Of a stretch of 64,000 nt of DNA, positions 23,113-36,511 are shown one piece after another. The stretch's first letter is position 1. Every line of letters starts with the position of its first letter. Both the position numbers and the translations under genes were made by a program. The notes under the pieces were generated by a model. The model was not told the DNA's origin and made no database searches. It saw nothing but the letters and a program-made list of their open reading frames with translations. The DNA comes from Phoronis australis (Eukaryota > Animalia > Phoronida). The stretch is taken from NCBI GenBank assembly GCA_002633005.1, contig NMRA01000029.1, positions 1,088,086 through 1,152,085 of the forward strand. The letters run 5' to 3'.

Positions 23113-26100
23113 ATGTTCATTAATAAAATGAATCGCCTTCTGAGTGCAGGTCTTCTTCGCGCTTTGACCAACAGATTTTCCGTGTTTCAGGCAGAGAATT
23201 GTGTGCAACGAATCAGATGGGTTCGTTTCAGCACATCTATGAATGGGATGAACACAGCCCAACGACACGAGTGGATAGCCACTGTGAAAGGGGAAGTCAA
23301 CCGATTTGACCCCAGTGTACCCATAGAATCGGCCATCGGACCGCCAGCATCATGGTAGGTTGGTTCACTCGAACTTAAGCAACTGTCGCGGTAATCAAAA
23401 TGATGGAGAAGAAAACAAAGCTTTGGGTACCTTTTTTTCTTCATCCAAAACGTCAATAATGTTTGTGGTTTTCAGAATATGCGAAGGAATTCCTTACTAA
23501 CCCCTGCTTTCATGATTTGAACCAAATATCGTTGTGTCACTTGCTAATTCATCATTGACGTCGATCTTGAAAGAGAAAAGCAAGAATGAACTACAATTCC
23601 ATACCTCTTACGTCACAGATTAGCCGGCTCTTGCTGGATGGTCTTTCCCCACAGTTGGCCTGTGTTATTCGCTAAAAGTTTATTTCATTCTTGCCGATTT
23701 AACAGATTTTGAGAGGAGTTTTCAAATTTTCCTTTTAAACTTTTGAGGATTGTAAAGCATTATCTTGTTTTAGAGAACTGGATAGAGAGAGGGGGGAGGA
23801 TCTCCCCAGGGGAGTTATTGCTCCCTCTCACCTAAATGTTTGTAACTGCAGTAGGTTTGTCACGTGACTAATGATAAACGAACGATCGTTTAAGTGAAGT
23901 ATGCATCCAAGGACTACATACAAAATAATGAATATGTCAACATTGTAGGTACATTAACCCCAGCTTTCTTGAACTCGAAATGGAGACTGTCTTTAGAAAT
24001 AATTGGATTGCCGTGGGACACGTGGGACAAGTTGCACGCAAGGGACAATTTATTACAGGTTTGTAGTCCATGACATGACAGTGATTCACTGAGATGCTCA
24101 AAACTCACTTGCCACAATTCAGAAACATTATTCCCACAAGTTAGGGGCATGTTCCGCAAACACTAGACCCTCGCGCCGAGAAATCTTTCATCTACGAGTT
24201 CCACCCATAATTCAAAATTCCAGCGTCATCGAGGGGCTCATTTTAGCTGCGGACATTTTGCAGGTATGTATGTGTGCATCAGTCCATACTATACATCAGA
24301 ATATCTAACCATAGTTACGTAACAAAAATTATAGTAATCTCTACAACTTTTGAGATTTTCAAAAACAAGATGTTAAATACAATCATCTAAGGTTCAACAT
24401 TTAACGAGAGTGGTCTCCGTCATTTAGAATCAATAAGGAATTTTGTAATATTAATTTCTATACGTTGTCTTGTGATTTCATGATCTTCTAAAAACATTTG
24501 TAGCATTTTGAAGGCAAACAACAGGCAGATTAAATTTATGTCTCAGATTAACAACACACAGCGAGCACACGAACCAAAGTGACATTCGTCCCCAATTTTC
24601 TTCATTTTTTAGCATGCGCGTAATTATTTCCTAACGGCTACACCAAGGTAACGTCTGTTCTCAACCTTGAACATGGAAAACATGCCAAATGTGCTCTGCT
24701 TTCATTTCCAAGCAGCTAACGTAGTCCTCTCGCACAGGGTTCGATTTTTGACAATCTGTAACTTAGCTTGATGTAACACTGTCTTCCAAGATTTAGCTCT
24801 CAAAAACTGTACACTGTGGTCTGAAGTCAAACATCAACGACAATCCATCACCAAACCCTGGGAACACAATACCATATCATATCATATAGGCAAAAAAGTA
24901 CAGGTATTATTTTATTTTTATTTTCAACTCCCAAACAGGATCTGTTCTTTTATCAGATCTAAAACTGACGGTTATAGCACACTTTACTTATCTTGTAATT
25001 CTACCCCCCCCGAGTCGTCACCAACAGGGATCCAAAACTATGTGCCCCATATAGCAGAATGGGCGGGTAAAATTTTTAAAATCAAGCATTTTAAGCCACA
25101 TGGTAACGTGTCGGGAACATCAATAAATTTAATCCGCATAAGTAACCCTTTTGATGCTTGTTCGGACTGACAATTTTGAGCAGATTTCAGATACCTTTTG
25201 TTGTAAATTAAACGTGTGCTCAAGTGTCACTTCTAAAGGGTTTCCATCGAAATAGCATTTCTCGTAATTTCTTAAACGTTTACTGTTTCTAAACACCGTA
25301 AGTATGATTTTTGACATGTTTACACTAAGTTGGTCGTTTGCACAATTAACTTCCAAGTTAATTATCGTCCTTTGCAAATTTGTGATTTCGAAATATGAGT
25401 TTATAATCTGTCAAAATGATAAAATAATGCAAATTATTTACACCAAGACATTGACCGGTGATTATGGTCCGGGAGCCAGGGGGTCGAACCTGGTTTTGCC
25501 GGATAAAGTTTCTTTCTTTGCTGTTTCATGAAGCCTAGGGTTAAGTAACCATGATTAAGGGGGTGTGCATTTTTTAAATATGCAAATTAAGGTCGACATT
25601 ATGCAAATTTCTTTTTTTGCTTATAATTTCCTTACCAAGCACTGCAGCCCGATAATTTTGACGTTTTTGCCCATGTTTTCATGGTCAACAAATTTAATTG
25701 TGCAAGCTTTTTGTTGGATACATCGTCAATTTGCATAATTTATGCAAATTAAGGCCGCTATTATTCAAAATTCTTCTTGTGCTTATAGCTACTGTACCAG
25801 GCACCACAGATGAACTGTCATGATATTTGCAGTTATATTCTCTTGGTCAACTAGTTTAATGAAATCGCTGTGCATGTTGTTGCATAATAAATTTGCATAA
25901 TTACTGAAAATTTGCAGAACTAATGCAAATGAAGGGCGCCATTATTCAAAATTCCACTTGTGCTTATAGCTACTTGTGCTTATAGCTGCCGTACCAAGCA
26001 CCACAGGTAAACTCTCATGATATTTGAACCTATGTTCCTATGGTCAATTAGGTTAATGAAATCAGTTTGCAAATTGCATGATAAATTAGCATAATTTATG

Positions 26101-29100
26101 CAAATAAAGGCAGCCATTATCAAAACCTTTGTTTCTGCTCGTAACTTTCTTACGGGGGGCACTACATGTAAATTGTTTTGGTATTTTTACTGATGAATTT
26201 AATGTAATCTGTCATTACATCATAATATAAATAACCTGAAATTTATTGCACAACATTACAAATTCTAGTTTTGTCTGATACCCAGGGTATATGCAGTAGT
26301 AGATGACCAAATTGTTTAATTGCATAAACCCAGGACAATAACCTATCTAATGGAGACCAGTCACAAGACTTTTCAAAGGCTAATTCAACACTCGGAACGT
26401 GAGCACACTACAGTATAAGGTGCTCAAAATATTGTGCGGGGTAGAAAATTTACTCTGCAATTGTATCTACTTGAATTTCGTGGAATCTGACCTTTGCAGT
26501 CACACCTAATCATCACTAGTATGCAATAGGAACGAGTTGGACACCATGCAGAATTAGAGATGCATGGTGAGAGTGATTTGTTTATGGCATCTTTCTTCCA
26601 TCCACTGTCTTCTGGATATAGTGCTGGTTACAATTCACCACATGACTGAGTGGTAATGGGTTCTGTTTACGTTTACATTCTCTTTGAATGCCTTTGTTGT
26701 TGGTGACAGTTTGGGGCCGGACATATATTTCTTGCCATTTCTCTTCCCGATACCAGTAGTCTGGTTCTTGACATGTTATTCCATAACAGGCACACATACA
26801 TTTAGTGGCCTGTTTCATGACATCAGAAAAATGTGCATTAAAAGTACCAATGGGAGACAGGTCATGTCCAGTCTTCAATATTTTAATGATGGACCCGTTT
26901 CCAACTCCATAGTAGCATGCCAACGTGTTACACCCCAACAGCGCAGGGGCAGGGAGGAGACCTTAACAATATCGCAACATGTTAACTTTACAGTATGTCT
27001 ACGTCTGTTCTACGTTTACTGCATGTAGGTGATTTCATGGTTGTGGTGGTTGAAGCAGTTCCTTGTTTTAGTAATGCACACGAAGGACAAATACATTTTT
27101 GTCATCCGAAGCAACCTAAAATTTGTTAAGTTCATATGCACATTTGACGTCCTGTTGAACAATAATGGAGCTACCTTCTTCATGGGATGTGTCGATATCC
27201 AATGTCCTTGTACTATTATTAAGGAACAAGGATCTTCATCAGTGATTGCCAACTTGTGTTCCTAACGTATTGGCAGCCTTTTTCGAAGTCTGATAACATT
27301 GCCTGGCCCATGCTTATTGTTTCATGTACGTAACTGTTGAAGTAGCAATCCTGTCACTGCTAATGTTCACCACTGCGTCTTTGGGATGTACATTGGGATC
27401 TAATAGATCGATGCTGGTATCTACTTTTGACAGATCCGTGCAATATCCTGGGCATGTGCATCAAGACGTGCCTTACTTTCTTCAGTGTGATAAGTTTTAG
27501 TACAGTATCTAATGTTACCGCTCCATCTCTCCAAGATCTGTTTCGGTCTTGTAGGACAAATGGCAACTTGTGCCCAAAGCTCAAGATTCTCTTCTTTGAG
27601 GCCAATTCCCTGCTATTCCCTCACTACTGTATTCGTACCTCATCAACGTGGTCCTTATAAACTGGTCGCTCCGAGCCCCATTCCAGCATTCACCCAAGTC
27701 ATTAAACTAATTTGCGTTTTTTCTATCTGTGGGAGCGCATGGCTACAGGCAATATCTTTTTGGAACTTAGGGTCTCAAACTTCAGAACAAACACTACACA
27801 AAATATTTTCTTACTTCATCAAAAAGGAGACTCTGAAAATTTATCATGCTACAACCTGCAAACAGATTTCATTAAATTCATTGACCACTGAAACATTGAA
27901 GCAAATATTTATAACTAACCTCTGGTGTCTGATGCAGCAGTTATAAGCACCAGTAGAATTTTTTAATATGGCTGCTGTAATTTGTGTAAATTATCAAAAA
28001 CATGAGATAAATTCGAAAATAATCTACATGTAACGCCTGAAAGGAAATTAAAAGCAGAAGCAGTATTTGGAATAGTGATGTCCATTATTTGTATAAAATA
28101 TGAAAATTCATCATGCAACAACTTGCAAACTGATTTCACAGAAACATAGGTAAAGATGTTAACATAGCTTACTTGGGGTTCCTGCTACTTCAGATATAAA
28201 CTAAAGTACAATATTGAATAATAGCGGCCGTAATTTGCACATATTACGCATACATTACGCAAATTCAGGATGTATGCACCATAAAACGAGGTCCATTAAA
28301 TTCACTGACCATGGGAGCATGGGTAACCTCTCTTCAGTGCTTGGTAAGGGCGCTTTAAGCAACAAATAATTTTGAATAATGGTGGTCTTAAATGGCATTA
28401 ATAATGCAAATTTATCATGCAACAACATGGAAACTGATTTCATTAAACTAATTAACCATAGAAACATAGGTGCAAATATGATAATTCACCTATGATGATT
28501 GGTACCATAGCTAGTACCATAGAACAAGTAAAATTTTGAATAATGGCGGCCTTAAGTTGCATAAATCATGCAAATTGACGATGTGTTCACCAAAAACTTT
28601 CACTATTAAATTCATTGACCATGGAAACATGGGTGAAAGCATCAAAATAATCTGGATGCAGTGCTTGGTAAGGAAATTATAAGCAAAAGTAGAATTTTGC
28701 ATAATGGCGACCTTAATTTGCATATTTAAAAAAATGCTCAAGGTTGCGAACGGTCATCCCCCTAAATCATGATTAGCTATGCCTAGGCTACATGAAACAG
28801 CAAAGAAAAANACACAGCATTTGGCTCACAGACTACAAGTTTATAACTTCACAATGCGTCCAAATCACGTAGGAATGCTCACTAATTCCAAACTCACATT
28901 TTGCGCTGAACATTATCACAGTTTGAGTTTCTGATTCGACAGAACATGACGCTTTCCGCGTTGATAAGTTTTAAATTCGTGACTGACAAAATAATTCAAC
29001 TCTTTTACGGATTCCTTCCCTTCTGTAAATGCTTTCTTTTAAATACATTCAAAATGTTCTTCACCGTTTAAGGTACAATCGAGAAGGAACCTTATATCGT

Positions 29101-29986
29101 TACTCGAGACCAGAATGACGACTTACAGGCATTTTTTAACGTTTGCCGACATCATGCTTCAGTGATTTTAGAAGAAGAGTGCGGCGAAGCGTCGCAGTTC
29201 GTCTGCCGTTACCACGGGTGGACGTATGCCCTTGACGGTCGGTTAGCTAAGGCCAAGCGTCTGAAGAACATTCGCGACTTCAAGCAGCGGGACTACGGGC
29301 TGAAAAAAATAGATGTGCAGACGTTTGGTCCAATAATATTTTTGAAACTAAACAAGGAGGTAGACGTAAATTTGTCGAGTGAACTGGAAGATTTGAAGGC
29401 TTCACTGGATGAAGCAGGCTCTGACACTAGTCTCCGATGGGTGAAACGTGCCGAATTTGACTTGGACTGCAATTGGAAAGTGCTGGTTGACAATTTTATC
29501 GATGGCGGGTACCATATTGAAGAGTGCCACCCTAAACTGGATTCCATTCTCGTCAGCAATTCATTCAAAACCACTTGCAGTGGCATTTTCTCCATTCAGA
29601 GCAGCGCGGCTACAGGCGAACGATACGGAAACAACGCCATTTACGCTCACATTTATCCTAACTGCATGATCAATCGATACGGCGACTGGATGGACACGAA
29701 TTACATATTTCCAGTGGCTCAGGAAAAGTGTCGAGTGGTCTACGATTGGTTTCTGTCTGAAAGAGTCTTCTGTGAATTATCAGAAGAAGAGGTCGAAGAG
29801 AAAATTAAGAGCGACTTAGAAAGCAGCTGCTTAGTGCAAATGGAAGACAATGAAATTTGTGCTCGAGTTCAGAAGGGTCTTTACTCAAGTTCTTACCAAT
29901 ATGGACGATACGCGCCTTTAGTTGAGATGGCGCAACATGAGTTTCACCGAAAACTGCATTCGGATTACGGACTGGTACTTGGTTGA
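23113..29986 (+). CDS. Choline monooxygenase-like Rieske [2Fe-2S] non-heme iron oxygenase, copy 1 (3 exons, 421 aa)
   Basis: Exons 23113-23354, 23949-24058, 29073-29986 join in frame. PPASWY motif across intron 1; Rieske ligands CRHH...CRYHGW; mononuclear iron site NWKVLVDNFIDGGYHIEECH...EDNEIC; CMO-like C-terminus YPNCMINRYG and GRYAP. The start could instead be the ATG at 23128. Confidence 0.9.
25465..28836 (-). mobile_element. Academ-type DNA transposon remnant with long foldback TIRs in intron 2 of oxygenase copy 1
   Basis: Absent from copy 2 (empty site gtgatta|gtttataa at ~43527). Ends tggtccgggagcca / tggctcacagacta; inverted arms of several hundred bp. Frameshifted fragments GCNTLACYYGVG (XPG/H3TH-like GCDT motif), THEEG-like motif and CXC-like MIRCDCKG. 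Confidence 0.7.
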
Positions 29987-30827
29987 AACAGATAATATAT
30001 TACAGATCTGTTCCTAAAATACGTGTTAAGCTGTGCGCTCGATTGTTCGTGCAGGTGAAACTGAAATATTTTAAACTACAAACTATTTTTGCGCTATTTT
30101 CTTACTTTTAAAACAGCTCTTATTCGCAACTTTACGTTTTGCTCACTCTCCCAACAAATACACAGGCTTTGGCTGGGGAATCCTTAGGAAACTTCATTGG
30201 TAGGGTAGTGTTCAAGGACCACTGTTGGCATCAACGGATTTTTATCCAATGACGTTATGTTGATAAACTGTAAACATGACCGAGGCTGCAGCACCACAAA
30301 GAGCGAAAAAACAGTTGGCACATTTTGCTTATTCTTTCAAAGGTGTTTCGCATCTTTGTAATCGCTTTTTATAGAAATGGTATTTAAGGACTACGCAGCG
30401 CTAATTAGCTCAAATCAAACTTGCTAATTCCGAAAAGGTAATTGGGCCGTCCCGGATTACACCACGATAGAAATCTCCTTTGTCTTGGAGATAAGAAAGC
30501 GCGTGACCTCGTTTTAGAAATCAGGCACATTTTCGTGTCTCTCATTGATGTCGAGAAGGCGTTGGAGTTGCAGCCAACACGACAGAAATAATACTTCTTT
30601 GGCATTGGAAGGACGAGACAAATATGTAAAGAATCAGACAACAAATCACATGTGAAAATCCAGTGGCAGGAAAACGAGGCAGCAAATGTGTCTCGCGGAT
30701 GTTTATAGCATTGTGGGTAAATACAGCGAGATTCGAGTGTCGCTGTGTAATCCGGGATGGCCCTATTCCCACACCCATTTTCCATTTAACCACTTGCTCG
30801 AAGACACTGTTTCTCGAAAAATTGAGC

Positions 30828-31320
30828 AGGCGCGGATCGAAGGGGAGGAGGGGGGTCGGACCTCCTCATCCTATATTATAATGATTTATGCAGTGTTCTC
30901 CAAAAAGCTTTTAGGAATTGTTTTTAAAATGTTCCACTCTTACATGAGGAGCTATCGAAAACACTTATATATGATTTTTACGAGAAAAATTTATAGCTAC
31001 ATAAAACGAAGACGAAGCGATAATTTAGAAAACATTAACAGTATGGAGGAACCTCCAGATTCATCAATATCGACATTAAAGGAACATTTGCCGAGAAGGA
31101 ACGTGTTGCTGCAGATAGGATGTGTGATGCCTATCAAAAGTTGTAAAGCGGAAAGGTTGTTTTCGGCAATTTAGAGATTTTGAAATACGTTGATGTCAAA
31201 TATAACTGCAAGCCGTTTGAGTTCCCTCCTGTTGATTAATTACAGACACAATTTAGATTTTGGTGTGCCAGCCATTTGTAGTTGCTTTTGGCGTCGTCCG
31301 ACAAATAATTTGCTTAACAA
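30828..31320 (+). mobile_element. hAT transposase remnant (C-terminal dimerization domain), pseudogenised
   Basis: LPRRNVLLQIGCVMPIKSCKAERLFSAI*RF*NTLMSNITASRLSSLLLI matches the hATC consensus, with stops; hAT-like end caggcgcggatc at ~30827. Confidence 0.72.
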
Positions 31321-33971
31321 CTGGACTTGGAAGCTCCAGTTTGCAAGATTGCTGCGTTGGACTGTTTTATCATACGAACATTGAGTGGCGCTTGTTTCCT
31401 CTAGTTAGCCTAATTTCAAAATAAAATCTGGGCAAATTCTAAGTCATCCAAATACGTAGGAAAGAAGAAACAGTTATCTCTGGTCGTATAACAACAGCTG
31501 AGCAAGAAAGCTGTTGTTGTATAGATGCTGTCTATATTCAACAAATTTTCTATCGCCATGATGCCTAACTTCTAGACTGAGGTTGTTGGTTCTGTAATGT
31601 TCCATAAAATACGTTATTCAATGCCTTGCCGCGATAAAGGCCTAGGACTGCATTGGTAATCATTTCCACAGACCCATTACTGAGCTGTTGCACTGTTGCG
31701 TATTGACCGCAGGTGTGCAACGGGCACATGGCAGGCCGTAGGAAAGCAAAATTTATTGGGGATCACAAACCATTTCGACTTCGCCAAACTACCCCCCCCC
31801 CCCATCGCCACCAACTCCGCCACCCACGTGCTCCCGGTGCCACCATATTTGTACCGAAATTCCCACGTCCGCCCTAGGTGGGGGACAATCACGGGGACGC
31901 AGTCATCAGGTGTTCAGTAACCGTGAACAAACATGGAGAGTAAGAATAGACCTAGGGCCAATAAACTAACCGGTAGCGAGGAGCTGCCTCAAGTAGCTAT
32001 AGCTGAGATCCAACAGCGTGAAAATACGAAATGAACTAAAGCCAGTTGCTGGTCAGCTCAGCTATGACTCACTTGAGACAGGCTGCTCGTGCCGCCGGGC
32101 CGTCCGCACTGGCTCTAAGGTCAAGATTCGTTTTATTGGGATCCAGCATCGGGAAAACTTTATTTTATTATGGTCATTCTTTGAAGAAGTTTTTGAAAAG
32201 GTGAGGTACCGAGGTCCCTGGTATTGTGCCTATTGGGCTGTTTCAAAATCTATCGTTGAGACACACGACCGGTAGTCCCCTTTTTGGTGGTTGGGGAAAC
32301 TGATACAGAGTGTTTCCCAAAAATGTACACACTTCAACGCCTGAAGCTCAGTTCCCGTGGATCCATGAGAGACTGTGCGCTCACCTACTGCATGGTTATA
32401 TCTTATTTTAACGTGGGTGCGTCAGTCATGACCTGCACGGGAATCAGGCAAGCAAACAATTTAGTTTTGAAGAACAAATATCCATTGCTCATTATTACGA
32501 GAAAATAAAAATACCAAGGAAGTACAAAGACAACCTTTCCAAGCAATGAGTTTAATTTTATTTGTTTAAGGACTTTTAAAACTTTTCAATCTACGGTTTG
32601 TGAGTCTGAATTTTATCAATGCCTTTAAGAGTTATTTTAGATAGGCAAAAATCTTCTAAGTGTACTTTATTATTTGGAGATCGTATTACAGAGTTTTTCC
32701 AACTTCAGGCTGCAATTAAATTCACTGAAATATCATCATTTCTTAGAAGATTAGCTTCTAATTGTCAAAGATCATTTATGAATCTATCGATTTTCGTAGA
32801 TACATAAACAATTAAGTAGAAACCAACGAATTTGTTTATCAAAACGAAATGTTATAAGCAATTTCCGCAGGCATGCTCACAGATTTTTAACGGGGATCCG
32901 GGGGAACATGGGAGATGGAACATTCGTATTAAGGTGTATTTTTGCTCATTTCAGAGGTACATGTACCTATAACGGTTCACGAGGTAAATTTGAACTCCAC
33001 GGACAAAAAACGTTGAATCATTGTTTATGATTGCGAGAGTTCTTCGAGTAGTACCCCCTTTCGACATGTACGTGGTCATCAGAAATAACAGCATAGAGAG
33101 CAGTGTTTTCCACATGTGGAAATTCCTTACAAACAAATGATAGTAACCGTGCACCCTCCCAAGGGGGCTCGGGGGCTCGCGCGATCCCCTCCCCCATTTG
33201 GTTAAGTGGGCAAAAATGTCCGCCGTCCGAGAAAAACGAGACAAAAGTCCACTAAAAGGGCGAAAAAGCAGGAATTCGTCGGGAAAGCTCAATTTATAGC
33301 TCTGATCGTAGTACCCCGTTTTTTCATAGTCCCCGTTTTTTAGTAAAGGTCCATATCCTCAAAAATTCGAGCCTCCTACATTTTAGGCTAGGTGCGCACA
33401 TGGTAAGCATCTTCAAAAGAGATACTATTCTTGTGATACTATGGGAAACAGTAACATTATTTTATAACTGACCATCGGAAATATTCCTTTTGTGTAAGTC
33501 ACAAATAGTGTTCTTCACTTTCTTCAAAATACCACCCTTTCGATGGCGGTCAATCCTATTGTATTTTGTTCACATTTTTGTTTGGGTCGAATGTCTTGAT
33601 ACTGCTGTGCTGGGAACGAATGTTTTGTATTTTTTGATGAATTTGGAATCTCAGATGCCCTCGTGAATACTTGGCAGTGTCAGATTTACATGTATAGAGG
33701 GACAAAGGGACATTTCCCCGAACTGCTTCACCGAGAGAAGGTTCCGTCTGAAATTGGACACCTTAAGATGAAAGGCTAAACATCATTAAGCTTGGAAAAA
33801 GAGTGACAGTTCATTCCACCGTCGTTTTGTCACAAAACGATGCAGGAAGTGACCTTCAACATGAAAGCCGGTTGCACGATTTCACAAAAAGCAACAAAAT
33901 GGAGGTAATCGATTCCAACATTAGGCCCTCTCTCGGTGTGCGCACCCTTTAGAATTTGTCAATATAAACAC

Positions 33972-35254
33972 AACAAGAGCAACGCGGAGCGTTGAAATGG
34001 GCCCACGAATGCATCGCAAATGGTGTGCTTTTAGGGTTATTTCTTTGTATCATAAAAATGGCCACTAAATGGGCCAAAAACGTACATTCCATCCAGAAAC
34101 GGGAACATGTCATATGGCAAGGAACTTCAGAGAAACAAAGGAAAACAGAAATTGCCACTTGTGGCCACAGCGTCCGTTCGATCCGCCTGACAATCGTCGT
34201 CTGTTATCTACATATAATTTCACTTACTGAATTTAATAAAGATCTTGCAGTGGGTTTTGAATATACAGCTATGGGCGAAAAACAAAACAAAACAAAACAA
34301 AACAAAACTACCACTAGGACGTATCACAGTAGTCAGTCGCCATCATCAAACGTCCATTTCACACTGAAAACATATACGCCAGTTTTCAAAACCATCCCTA
34401 GAATGATTTGGTTGATCGAGGGGTGGACGCCAAAAACAAGATTTGAAAATAGTAAAAATGGCCACTAGGTGTCGCAAAATACCTTGATTCAATCCAAAAA
34501 CAGGATGATACATCATCTCACCAATAGATGTCTATGTTTGAAATTTTATGAAAATCTGTTGAGGACCTTTGAATATACAGACTGGTAAACGTAAAAAACT
34601 AAAATTGCCACTAGGGGGCACACCAGTAGTCAGATCCATCCGAAAGTCGTCGCCGTCCGTAATCAACGTCATGTAAATACACTTGCTAAATTAACTAAAT
34701 GTCCTGCAAACGGTTTAAGAGATAAAGCCATTGGAGGCGCCACAGTAGTCAAAATCGTCGGAAAATCATCGTCAGCCGTCCACTTCATAGTAAAAACATA
34801 CGTGCCAATTTTTACAATCATCCTTTGAGCGGTTTGGTTGATAGAGGGGTGGACGCAAAAAAAGATTCGAAAACAGTAAAAATGGCCACTAGGTGGCGCA
34901 AACTACGTTGAATCAATCCGAAAACGGCAGGACAGCGTCATCTCACTATTAGGTGACTATATACCAAATTTTACGAAAATCTATTCAGGACCTTTGAAGA
35001 TACAGAGGTAAACGTAAAAAAACTAAAATTGCCACTAGGGGCACACCGGTCGTCAGATCCGTCCGAAAGTTCGCTCATGCCGTCCCATCCACGCAAGAAA
35101 CACGTGCAAAATTTCATGAACATACTTCAAGGCGTTTTGGAGATAGAGCAGCGGACGCCGGACGCCAGACGCCGGACGGACGGACGGACGGACGGCCGAA
35201 CGGCCGGACGGAGGGACGGACGGACGGAGATGATAAATATGTGGGCGCATAAAA
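33972..35254 (-). mobile_element. HINE/DINE-1-like (Helentron-associated) element with minisatellite and (GGAC)n microsatellite
   Basis: Hairpin caacgc-gga-gcgttg, subterminal inverted repeats atgggcccac / gtgggcgcat, (ggac)n at ~35174-35227, A-run flanks and no TSD. Confidence 0.7.
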
Positions 35255-36511
35255 GCTGTGGCCACTTGAATATCATCAATGCCCTCCTTCAAGAGCGGGG
35301 CCACTAAATATGAAAATATATCAATATATTTTTCTAAAATCAGGAAATGTGCAGCCATTGATGTTATCTGTCAGATTATCAAATTTTCTCAAGTGATATA
35401 CATTTCCGACAAAAATAAAGCAAACGTTGTCTCCGTTATCCCTTGCCAAAGAGAGAAGCATCTGGAAAAATATAGTTTTGCATTTGTGGGCCTTAGTGTG
35501 AAAACACTGATTGTCATGTCATATGCAGTTTGAGTCTCATTACTAAGTAAATTTTTGTCTTTGAAAAAAACCGAGAGTGAACTCTACATTGAATTCTCAA
35601 TAGTATTGCAAACAAGTAGGGATCTTTTCACACAACGCCCCTAATTTAAGGACAAAGTGCTAAATTATTTAGACTGAATTAAGGGCTCGGTTTTTAATTA
35701 TATTATTAGAAAATGCCATTATTCAAAAAGAGCTTATAAGAAAGATAAAATGATAGAAAAATATTGCATCTGTGCCTACAGAATGAAACGAATACGAAAA
35801 AGATTTAGCGAATTTAGTTGAGTGTCTATTTGGGACTGTTTCATGAACCATTGTGGTTTCGAGACAGCACCTCGTTTTCAAGTATAATGGGGGAATTAAT
35901 GCAATTTTTGCGGAAGTAGGACAAACGTAGATCCAGTATCTGACATTCTCTGACGGTAGAGTACTCCAAGTTTGTTCCTTGTAAGACTTCACCTGTCACA
36001 GCTTTTAACGAGGCAAGTCTAAAGAAACAATACACTGCCAGTCATCTTTTCGAGCCTACTAGAAATGGTTACCTCTTATCGGAATTCTGTTGCAGTAAAG
36101 CACACGAGAACTTTCACGCCGCAGTAAGTTTGATTTACACACAGCCGCAGTCGTAAACTTAGGCCATGTAGGACCCTAGAAAAATTCTAACTTTGGCTAA
36201 CTTCGGAACATCAAGTGTCAGAAATGACTGGTCGGACTCATGTGGAATTTTAAGATAGGGACCTAATATGGTTTATGCACTAACTGCCACTCTATTAAGA
36301 ATTATTTTTTAAAACTCACTTTTGCATGAGGGTCTATCAAAAATAGGATTTTAGATGAAAAAATACAAAAAATTGCTCAAACGCAAACGAACTGTTACTT
36401 TGAAAAACCGAAACAGCGTACTATTTGGAAGAACCGAAGAATCGACAGCTGGTGAAGTGAGTCAGTCGTTTGTCGGCTTATATATTTATGAAGTAAGCCC
36501 AGTGAAATATG

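Larger units (their letters stand above)
20935..30396 (+). repeat. Segmental tandem duplication, unit 1 (upstream region + oxygenase gene + 3' flank)
   Basis: Colinear similarity to 35412-45054, from aaataaagcaaa to taaggactacgca; left boundary approximate. Confidence 0.88.

Noticed and set aside
29162-29986. Bacterial contaminant or single-exon oxygenase starting at 29162 (also 43822)
   Set aside because: The track start is a GTG inside exon 3; the Rieske CRHH motif and two spliced exons lie upstream.
30405-30793. 126-aa and 83-aa minus-strand ORFs
   Set aside because: No recognisable domain or splice structure; adjacent to hAT debris.
33992-35358. Protein-coding ORFs (158, 92, 101 aa)
   Set aside because: Chance frames inside a minisatellite/microsatellite element.
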